45,563 nt of DNA from an uncultured Pirellulales bacterium (GTDB lineage Bacteria > Planctomycetota > Phycisphaerae > Sedimentisphaerales > Anaerobacaceae): contig CAZECQ010000001.1 of the NCBI GenBank assembly GCA_964510545.1, positions 1-45,563 on the forward strand, written 5' to 3'. The translations under genes and the position numbers were made by a program. How positions within the stretch are numbered: the first letter of the stretch is position 1; each line of letters opens with the position of its first letter. The notes beneath the pieces were generated by a model. The model ran no database searches. It had not been told where the DNA came from and saw only the letters and a program-made list of their open reading frames with translations. This document shows positions 1-7,402 of this stretch, piece after piece.

Positions 1-86
1 AAATTCACCATAAATAACATATTTTCTTCGATTTTACCACAAAAACCCCATTATCAAAAAATTCTTAAAAAAATCACAATTTTTGC

Positions 87-115
87 TTGACCAAATTTAT
101 ATTATGTTGTATATT
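87..115 (+). promoter_or_regulatory. sigma70-like promoter upstream of the ATPase gene
   Basis: TTGACC (87-92), 17-nt spacer, TATATT (110-115). An AAGGGG Shine-Dalgarno-like element lies about 8 nt upstream of the ATG at 161. Confidence 0.4.
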
Positions 116-160
116 TATATATAGATATAAATTTAGTCATTCTTATTAAGGGGACTAAAT

Positions 161-1408
161 ATGGCAAAGATAGTTTTTCAAAATCCATTCAGGCCAGGTG
201 CTGGCCATATGCCACCATATTTGGCAGGACGAAATAAGGAAAAAGAAGAATTTCGTAAACTATTGAGGCAAGACCTAATCTTAGAGAATATGGTATTAAC
301 AGGGTTAAGAGGAGTGGGGAAGACTGTGTTGTTAGATACGTTTAAACCGCTTGCACAAAACAGCGGTTGGCGATGGGCAGGCACAGACTTATCAGAATCT
401 ACAAGTATTAGTGAAAAAAAAGTTGCGGTACGTTTGATAACAGACTTATCAATGGTTACGTCAGACATTGTGTTTGAGAGCGAAATTATCCGAACAATAG
501 GTTTTGCTCGCAAAGACGAAATAGTAAATAAGCGTCTTAATTATGAAACTTTAAGTCGAGTTTTTAATTCAACGCCCGGCCTTATTGCAGATAAATTAAA
601 AGCAATAATCGAATTAGTGTGGAATTGCATGAGGAGTAAAAGTTCAAAGGGCATAATTTTCGCCTACGATGAAGCTCAAACCATGTCTGATTATGGGAAA
701 AAAGAACAGTATCCTCTCTCGCTTTTATTGGATGTTTTTCAATCTATTCAAAAAAAAGGAATCCCGTTTATGCTTATTTTAACAGGGCTTCCAACATTAT
801 TTCCCAAATTGGTTGAAGCCAGAACATTTGCCGAGAGAATGTTTAGGGTTGTGTTTCTTGATAAGTTAACAACAAAAGATAGTAGGGACGCAATTGAAAA
901 ACCTATAGCGTTTGACGATTGTCCAGTTGTATTATCAGATGAATCAATTGGACTTATTATTGAAACCTCAGCAGGTTATCCCTATTTCATCCAATTTATC
1001 TGCAAAGAGGTTTATGATGTTTTTGTTCAACAACACAAAAAAGGCAAAATCAAAGGTGTGCCTATGGATGAAATAACACGAAAACTTGATAATGACTTCT
1101 TTGCAGGTCGATGGGCTAAAGCCACAGATAGACAAAGAGATTTATTGCGTGTAATTGCTAATCTGCCCGATGCTGATGAAGAGTTTACTGTACATGACAT
1201 TGTTGAACAATCTGAAATGTTAGAAAATCCTTTTAAGGGTAGTCAAGTTAACCAAATGCTGTTAGCTTTAGCCAACAAGGGATTGGTTTATAAAAATAGA
1301 CATGGAAAATATTCGTTTGCTGTGCCTTTGTTAGGACAATTCATTTTGAGAAAAACGCGAAAAAAAACAGGGCTTTATTTATGGGATGATTTAGAATTTG
1401 ATTCATGA
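161..1408 (+). CDS. Orphan AAA+ ATPase of the archaeal-ATPase/ORC-like type with a C-terminal winged-helix-like domain
   Basis: 415-aa ORF. Walker A is GLRGVGKT (aa 48-55) and Walker B is IIFAYDEA (aa 165-172). The N-terminal YLAGRNKEKEEF resembles the FVGRE.E motif of PF01637-like ATPases. The C-terminal VNQMLLALANKGLVYKNRHGKYSF looks like a wHTH. The gene is AT-rich relative to the core genes. Confidence 0.75.
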   Translation: MAKIVFQNPFRPGAGHMPPYLAGRNKEKEEFRKLLRQDLILENMVLTGLRGVGKTVLLDTFKPLAQNSGWRWAGTDLSESTSISEKKVAVRLITDLSMVTSDIVFESEIIRTIGFARKDEIVNKRLNYETLSRVFNSTPGLIADKLKAIIELVWNCMRSKSSKGIIFAYDEAQTMSDYGKKEQYPLSLLLDVFQSIQKKGIPFMLILTGLPTLFPKLVEARTFAERMFRVVFLDKLTTKDSRDAIEKPIAFDDCPVVLSDESIGLIIETSAGYPYFIQFICKEVYDVFVQQHKKGKIKGVPMDEITRKLDNDFFAGRWAKATDRQRDLLRVIANLPDADEEFTVHDIVEQSEMLENPFKGSQVNQMLLALANKGLVYKNRHGKYSFAVPLLGQFILRKTRKKTGLYLWDDLEFDS

Positions 1409-1410
1409 AA

Positions 1411-1506
1411 AACCCCGCTGAACCTTTGCAACCGAATCAGCTAACTATGCGGGCAGGGATTGCAGACCATATATGGAGTATTGAGGAAATTCTGAAATTT
1501 TCATAA
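1411..1506 (+). pseudogene. C-terminal remnant of a transposase (IS1/IS1595-type tail motif), about 32 codons
   Basis: The frame starting at 1411 reads NPAEPLQPNQLTMRAGIADHIWSIEEILKFS* (stop at 1504-1506). The (T)MxAGIxDHxWSxEEIL tail is one I recognise from the C-termini of IS transposases. There is no upstream coding body because the ATPase stop codon is at 1406-1408. Confidence 0.45.
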
Positions 1507-1560
1507 CAACAAAAAACCTATGCATGATTGGCTTGATAATTTCTATTAGTTTTTTTGCAC

Positions 1561-1575
1561 AAATATACTATTCGC
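1561..1575. repeat. Left copy of a perfect 15-bp direct repeat AAATATACTATTCGC
   Basis: Identical 15-mer at 2920-2934. A hand alignment extends to 26/35 matches (1561-1595 versus 2920-2954). This copy contains the stop codon of the 58-aa ORF. Confidence 0.8.
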
Positions 1576-1744
1576 GATTTCCATTTCTGGTATTGTTCGC
1601 TCTTTCCTCCATAATTTGATGAGTTGCTTCAACAAGTTCTATAGGTGTATAAACAATAGTAGTAGTCTCTGGAGAATATACTTCTTCTTGTTGTTCCTCC
1701 CATCCTTCGCGGGAATTATGTTCATTTATTTTTGAATCACACAT
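1568..1744 (-). CDS. Small strongly acidic protein (58 aa), coupled to the upstream GAF-like gene
   Basis: Hand translation gives MCDSKINEHNSREGWEEQQEEVYSPETTTIVYTPIELVEATHQIMEERANNTRNGNRE*. It is below the 60-aa cutoff of the ORF track. AAGGAG (complement of 1753-1758) lies 8 nt upstream of the ATG. The start is 22 nt downstream of the stop of the 266-aa ORF. Composition is 13 D/E versus 5 K/R. Confidence 0.45.
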   Translation of the reverse strand: MCDSKINEHNSREGWEEQQEEVYSPETTTIVYTPIELVEATHQIMEERANNTRNGNRE

Positions 1745-1766
1745 TTGGTTATCTCCTTATTTACAT

Positions 1767-2567
1767 CTAAACCTTTCGTAATGGTTCTAAAAAAATACCG
1801 AACATATCCGCTAACGATGCGCCTAAATGAAACTGTGCCTTTCCCTCTAATAGTGTGCGATATTTATTTAATTCTTTGTCGCGCCATTCAAAAATATCCG
1901 GCAGATTTCTGAAAGCTCCTTTATTTTTTGAGTCAAATGCCAGAAAACCACTTATAACGCGATGCCTTGTTTTACTATCATCCATATAAAAAATAGGAAA
2001 TACTAAAGTAGACCTATAATAATCTTCCCAATCTTTCCTTGTACATTGGAATTTATCTTTTTGTTCATATAAATCGCCACAATGGAAGCATCTTATGCCA
2101 CCCCAACTAAATTTGCCATCATTTTCGCCAAGGAATGCTGACCAAACACTATTTTTAGTAACTGGGTGAGCATCATATTGTTCAGGGGTTGGAACTCTCA
2201 TATCATACGGCTCTGACCGAGCTACAGTTGCTACTTTATAACCGCCTTTCTCTGCTTCGCCACTCAAAAATCCTTTTAGGCAGCAATGTATTTCATGTTC
2301 TGGTAATTCCAAAAGATTGCCCATTATTCTCCGACAGGCAGTACATAATTCTATGGCAGATTCTCCGCCTAAATGCCAATTTGAGTCTTGTATTGCAACT
2401 GAAAATACTCGTGCCTTGTGAGCAACTTCTTTATGTAGCACATGTGTTAAGTCTAAAGATGCTCGTGATTTGACAGAACTGATAAGTTTTCGCCCAAGAC
2501 GCAATGGCCGCAGTCTCCGTGCGACCCAAACCATTAACTCTGATAGAACTGTGCCTGTTTCTGCCAA
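1767..2567 (-). CDS. Hypothetical protein with a GAF-like sequence pattern and two CxxC pairs
   Basis: 266-aa ORF with a TTG start preceded by AGGAGA 6 nt upstream. The strand/helix pattern is typical of GAF folds (HCCLKGF, YKVATVARS, YRSTLVFPIFY, RVISGFLAFDSKNKGAF, C-terminal helix LGASLADMFGIFL). Cysteines are C75xxC78, C95C96, C160xxC163 and C175. No recognisable output or catalytic domain. Confidence 0.65.
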   Translation of the reverse strand: MAETGTVLSELMVWVARRLRPLRLGRKLISSVKSRASLDLTHVLHKEVAHKARVFSVAIQDSNWHLGGESAIELCTACRRIMGNLLELPEHEIHCCLKGFLSGEAEKGGYKVATVARSEPYDMRVPTPEQYDAHPVTKNSVWSAFLGENDGKFSWGGIRCFHCGDLYEQKDKFQCTRKDWEDYYRSTLVFPIFYMDDSKTRHRVISGFLAFDSKNKGAFRNLPDIFEWRDKELNKYRTLLEGKAQFHLGASLADMFGIFLEPLRKV

Positions 2568-2919
2568 AAAGCTCTCCTGAATAACTTTCTAATTAGTTTA
2601 ATGAGCATTAAACAAAATAACAATTGGAAATTCTTACTTTTTATTAGTCAAACCCCCATTTTCAACCTAAAAACAAGGTTTGGGCAATAATTTTTTATTT
2701 GTCCAATCAATAGACAAGTAACATTTTTCGCGCTAATCATTTTTAGAGAAGGAAAACTCAAATTAGGATACCACCAAAATGTCCTCGTTTAATTTAATCA
2801 TTTTTGCCGCTGCCAGTTTTTATAAGGTACATACCCGCAAACAAACGGGAAATTTCGATTTTGAGCACTATAAAAGTAATCATATAGCCGTTTTGGCGCC
2901 AGTCAAGAGAAAACGGACG

Positions 2920-2934
2920 AAATATACTATTCGC
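2920..2934. repeat. Right copy of the 15-bp direct repeat AAATATACTATTCGC
   Basis: It lies 10 nt downstream (in gene sense) of the stop codon (2945-2947) of the 1485-aa gene, exactly where AT-rich sequence gives way to core composition. Confidence 0.8.
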
Positions 2935-2944
2935 AGGTGATATT

Positions 2945-5900
2945 TCAGGTGGTGGTAATTGGTAGGGGTTTTTCGGAGAGTGTGGATGTTTTTCTGGAGG
3001 CGACCTGCTCGACGAAGGCCTCAAGGCGTGTGGTGAGTGTGGAATCTTCCTGGCCGTCAAAACTTAAATTTAAAATCGGCATATTATCGCAGTCGGCACT
3101 TATGCGCCTTGTCTGGCTGCTGACAATAGTCGAGGGCATACAGGTAAAGGGCATAACGTTTACGACGCCGCCGAAGCCGTGATGATAATATTCAAGTGTT
3201 TTGCCGACGCTTAATATCGCTTCACCCTCGAAGGAGTAGTGCAGGTACGGTGCGGCCAGTTCGATTACGTGCTTTATAGGCTCTTCGGCCAATCCGCCAA
3301 ATTTCTCTTCGAGGGGACGGGCGAGGGTCTTTTCGATTTTGTGCTGGAAATAGTCCTGAACAATGTTTGTAAAGTAGTTTCGTACCTGGCGTCGTCGTTT
3401 TGACATTCTGATTCGATTGAAGTTTGTGTAATAGACCCATTCGGCCAGTGAGGCCAAATCGCATGCGGCTCCCAGCTCTTCCAGGCGGGCGATTATATCG
3501 CTGTTGGCGAAGTGGTGGTTGCGGACGTAAATCTCGCCGACAATTCCGATTTTCGGTTTTTGCAGGGCGGGAGCAAGCTTAACTGCGGCGAAGTCGGCAG
3601 CGATAGCTGCGATAAGGCGGCGCAGCTGGGAGATGCTTTTTCGATTTTCGACGGCAGTAACCCACCTTTCAAGAGAGGAGTTGTAGACGCTCTGCGCTTC
3701 GGCGGTATCGGCGGCGAATGGCCGCAGTCGCAGGATTAATTTCTGGAGTAAATCTACGCCGACGGTAGCGGTCCAGACATCCTTCATAAAAGAGCCGGCG
3801 GCAGAGCCGTTAACGCTTTGGGTCAACTGCCTATAAAAATTGCTGTCCTGGTTGGGCGCAATGACGGGGATATTCGGCAGGCCGGCATACTTTAGAATCA
3901 GCGAGTGCATACAATTGTACATTCCGAACCTACAGGGGCCGGAACTGGCAGGCATAAAGAAGGCCGATTTTTCGGGGTCAAAATCTTTGGCTTTAGTGAC
4001 TTTCAGCATCTCGCCGGTAGTGATGGCAAACGGTAAACACTCCTTGCCGGTGGTGAAGGCCCTGCCTGCCAGAAGGGCTTTTTCGTCGGCGATGGGCATG
4101 ACCTCGGCGTTTTGGCCGTAAGCTCTAAAGCATGCTGCGATAGCATATGAACAATCGCTCATAAATGGAATGTAAAGCGTGCTACCATCTTTGGGTAAAT
4201 TGTAAAGCGGGGTTGTTGTGGGTTTGCCACTGAGAGTTTCAGTCAGAGCAGCTTTTTTTGCGACGACTTGTTGTTTGTCACCATCGCCGTGGTAATTTTT
4301 CAAGCTCTCCAAGAACGCTTCGAGGCGGGTAATGACACCGGCGTCGGCGGAGTGCTCATCAAGCTCCAGCTGGAGAGATGGTTTTTTGCCCATTATGTCC
4401 TTGAAGAATGTCATCAGGAAGGAATCCGGGCCGCAACTGAAGTTGGACATATATATTGCGTAAAGGCGCGGGTCGTTTTTTATGATCTCGGCGGCGCGTA
4501 AAATTTTCTGGCCATACGTCCAGTAAATTTCACTGTGTAGTTTTTCGTCGGTAATCCGAGCCCGGTCAAAATCGAGCATGTCCATAGGTATGACGCGGGC
4601 GCCGAGTTCGGCGAGTTTTTTTGGCAGTCTGAGATTTACGCCTTCATCGCAGCCATTATACGGGCGGGAGACAAGGACAAAGAGTTTTTCGTCAGGGCCA
4701 ATGCTGTCAAGAATTTGGCGCCCTTTTTCCTTCAAAGCGTTTTGGAAGTCGGCCTGTGCGGAGAGGGCTTCTTCGACGGCTGTGCTTACTACAGAAGGTA
4801 AAAGGCCTAATTTGGCGCCAAGGGAAACAAAGCTTTTTGTCAGGAGTTTGCCGCCCTCGCCTAATCGCAGCGGTTCGTTAAGGATTTTCGTTTTGCCTAA
4901 TTTGCCTGCGAAGGCGGTTTCGGCCTGGTATGGGAGTGACTGAACATAGGGACATAACTGATTGTGCTGGTTCCGAGTGAAACAGGCCATTGTCGAAACT
5001 ACGCTGGGCAGGAAGATGTAATCCACTTTCTTTTTGAGCAGTTCGGTGATGTGGCCATAGGCGACTTTGACGGGGAAGCAGGGCTGTGCGGTGACAGATT
5101 CGACACCGCTTCGAATCATAGTCTTGTTGGTCCAGCCGGAAAGGACTATTTCGAAACCAAGTGACTTAAAGAAGCGGACAAACAACGGTAAAAGGTCCCA
5201 GTACAGAAGTGCCATTGGAATACCGATTGAGGTCTTTGAGGTAGAGCTGCTTTTCTGCTTGTCAGTCAATCCGGCGCAGGCGAGCATTTTTTTTCTGCGG
5301 TACTCAAAGGCACCAAGCTCTTCGGTTTTTTGGGTGCTTTTCTTTATATTGTACCTGTCACAACGTGAGCCATAATATAAGGGTTCGGCCCGAGGCAATT
5401 GGACCTTTTTGATTTCACAATTGTTCGGGCAGTGCTCACAAGTAAATGACTCAACGCTGTATTCGATGTGGGCAAGGCTCTCAAAGCCCCGAAAGCTGCT
5501 CTTGAGAAGCTTGCCCGTCTGGGCGGCTTTTATCTTAACATGCTCTGCTGCGATGGCAGCGGCACCGAGTGCGCCGGTTACCTCGTGGTGATCTGGTACC
5601 ATAATCGGTTTTTTGACGACCTGTTCGAAGGCGGCCCAGACAGCCTTGTTGAAAGCGGTGCCTCCCTGAAAACAGATGTTGTCGCCGATTTTGCGGCGGC
5701 CAACGACACGGTTAAGGTAATTTGCAACAATAGCGTAACCCAGGCCTGCTACCAGTTCGCTTGTTTGTGCTCCCTGCTGCTGGTAGCTCAGGAGGTCGGA
5801 TTCCATAAAGACGGTGCAGCGTTCGCCCAGTTTTATCGGTGCTTTGCTGGCGAGGGCAAGCTGTTCAAATTCCTTGTTGATATTTATACCGAGGCGCTGT

Positions 5901-7402
5901 GCCTGCTCTTCGAGAAACGAGCCTGTACCTGCGGCGCAGGCGTGGTTCATTTCAAAATCGACGACGACACCGTTTTCCAGTGAGATGTATTTACTGTCCT
6001 GGCCTCCGATTTCGAAAATGGTATCGACTTTCGGATTGACTATTGCGGCGCCGGCGGCCTGGGCGGTGATTTCGTTGATGACAATATCGGCGCCGATGAA
6101 ATCGCCGGTGAGGTATCTGCCTGAGCCGGTGGTTGCGGCCCCTAAAATATTTACCTTGCCGGTGACTTTTTTGCCGACGATGTCCAATCCCCGGCGTACC
6201 GCCTCGAGAGGTTTGCCTGCAGTCATCAAATATGCTTTGGCCAGCAGGCGTTTGTGCTCATCCATAACCACAACATTTGTGCTAAGCGAGCCGACATCGA
6301 CACCCAGGTATGCATCGAGCGGCTTGGTCGCTTCCGTGAGCAGGTGTTCATAGACGGGACTCTTCGGCGGAGGCAGAGCGGGCTTTTTTAAGCGTTCTCT
6401 CCGCGGGGCTCTCTGTAAAGCTGAACCTCTTTGGGCAAGGTAAGTATCGATTTTATCAAGCTGGATTCGGTAATCGCCTTGATTGGAGGTTTTTCTTTTT
6501 GCGAGCAGGACAACCCCGATAGCGCCTGTAAAAAAGTGTTTTTCCGGTACGAGCAGCTGACCTTTTGGTAAGTTAAAGACCTGTTCGAGCGCCCTGACGA
6601 CACCGATATTGGCTGCCACGCCGCCTGTGAAAATGATTGGTTTCATAAACTCTCTGCCGCAACCGAGGTTGCTTTTTAAGTTCCTTGCCAGCGCAAGACA
6701 CAGGCCGGCAATGATATCACAGGTAGGTGTGGCCTGCTGCTGGAGGTGAATCATATCACTCTTTGCGAAGACTGAGCAGCGGCCGGCCATTCTCGGTACG
6801 GTTTTGCTCTGGACGGCCAATTGGCCAAACTCATCTTCGATATTTATACCGAGCCGCTGGGCCTGCTGGTCGAGAAATGAGCCGGTACCGGCGGCGCAAA
6901 CTGTGTTAAGCGCAAAATCGTGCATTCTTATTTTACCCTGCTCTGTCGAGAGGAAAATAAGCTTGCTGTCTTGTCCGCCCATTTCTATTAGTGTTGCCTG
7001 CTGAAGCTGAGGATAGATGTGGCATATTGCGGCCGCCTGTGCCGGGACTTCGTTGACAAAGGGGATTGACAGCAGCTTAGCAAATAATCTGCCTGCCGAG
7101 CCAGTCGCTGCTGCAAGGGCTATACCCGATGGATTGGTGCGCTTTAAGGCTTCGGTGAGTTGTGAACGTGCGGTTTCGACGGGTCTTCCCATAGTGCGCC
7201 GGTAACTGCTGAAGATTAGCTCAGAATCTTCGTCAAGTACGACCACGTCGCTGCTGGTTGCGCCGATATCGATTCCGATATAAAGCCTGCGTCCTTTTCG
7301 CAACAATTCAGGACGGTATTGTGTCAACCGTCCTGTTGTGGTTCTTTCTATCGGTGCTGTATCACTCATCCTTGTCTGCCCCGTTCGCTTTTCATTAGTC
7401 AC
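2945..7402 (-). CDS. Fusion of two BcrAD/BadFG-type (HgdC-like) activase ATPase modules to a DUF2229/dehydratase-like C-terminal region (acyl-CoA dehydratase activase-related protein)
   Basis: 1485-aa ORF with two ASKHA ATPase modules (YIGIDIGATSSDVVVLD and YLGVDVGSLSTNVVVMD). Each module carries CAAGTGSFL(D/E)(Q/E)QAQRLGI. A Cys cluster CEHCPNNC follows them, then a long C-terminal region of the type fused in YjiL/YjiM-like proteins. Confidence 0.85.
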   Translation of the reverse strand: MTNEKRTGQTRMSDTAPIERTTTGRLTQYRPELLRKGRRLYIGIDIGATSSDVVVLDEDSELIFSSYRRTMGRPVETARSQLTEALKRTNPSGIALAAATGSAGRLFAKLLSIPFVNEVPAQAAAICHIYPQLQQATLIEMGGQDSKLIFLSTEQGKIRMHDFALNTVCAAGTGSFLDQQAQRLGINIEDEFGQLAVQSKTVPRMAGRCSVFAKSDMIHLQQQATPTCDIIAGLCLALARNLKSNLGCGREFMKPIIFTGGVAANIGVVRALEQVFNLPKGQLLVPEKHFFTGAIGVVLLAKRKTSNQGDYRIQLDKIDTYLAQRGSALQRAPRRERLKKPALPPPKSPVYEHLLTEATKPLDAYLGVDVGSLSTNVVVMDEHKRLLAKAYLMTAGKPLEAVRRGLDIVGKKVTGKVNILGAATTGSGRYLTGDFIGADIVINEITAQAAGAAIVNPKVDTIFEIGGQDSKYISLENGVVVDFEMNHACAAGTGSFLEEQAQRLGININKEFEQLALASKAPIKLGERCTVFMESDLLSYQQQGAQTSELVAGLGYAIVANYLNRVVGRRKIGDNICFQGGTAFNKAVWAAFEQVVKKPIMVPDHHEVTGALGAAAIAAEHVKIKAAQTGKLLKSSFRGFESLAHIEYSVESFTCEHCPNNCEIKKVQLPRAEPLYYGSRCDRYNIKKSTQKTEELGAFEYRRKKMLACAGLTDKQKSSSTSKTSIGIPMALLYWDLLPLFVRFFKSLGFEIVLSGWTNKTMIRSGVESVTAQPCFPVKVAYGHITELLKKKVDYIFLPSVVSTMACFTRNQHNQLCPYVQSLPYQAETAFAGKLGKTKILNEPLRLGEGGKLLTKSFVSLGAKLGLLPSVVSTAVEEALSAQADFQNALKEKGRQILDSIGPDEKLFVLVSRPYNGCDEGVNLRLPKKLAELGARVIPMDMLDFDRARITDEKLHSEIYWTYGQKILRAAEIIKNDPRLYAIYMSNFSCGPDSFLMTFFKDIMGKKPSLQLELDEHSADAGVITRLEAFLESLKNYHGDGDKQQVVAKKAALTETLSGKPTTTPLYNLPKDGSTLYIPFMSDCSYAIAACFRAYGQNAEVMPIADEKALLAGRAFTTGKECLPFAITTGEMLKVTKAKDFDPEKSAFFMPASSGPCRFGMYNCMHSLILKYAGLPNIPVIAPNQDSNFYRQLTQSVNGSAAGSFMKDVWTATVGVDLLQKLILRLRPFAADTAEAQSVYNSSLERWVTAVENRKSISQLRRLIAAIAADFAAVKLAPALQKPKIGIVGEIYVRNHHFANSDIIARLEELGAACDLASLAEWVYYTNFNRIRMSKRRRQVRNYFTNIVQDYFQHKIEKTLARPLEEKFGGLAEEPIKHVIELAAPYLHYSFEGEAILSVGKTLEYYHHGFGGVVNVMPFTCMPSTIVSSQTRRISADCDNMPILNLSFDGQEDSTLTTRLEAFVEQVASRKTSTLSEKPLPITTT

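Noticed and set aside
2794-3182. ORFs of 88 aa (-) and 81 aa (+) at the island/core junction
   Set aside because: Both overlap the 3' end of the 1485-aa gene or its downstream spacer. They have no SD and no motifs.
5468-6353. + strand ORFs of 171 aa and 179 aa inside the 1485-aa activase gene, plus many shorter ones between 3512 and 7205
   Set aside because: They are antisense to a continuous 4.4-kb ORF with duplicated ASKHA motifs. They are Ala/Ser/Pro-rich shadow frames.
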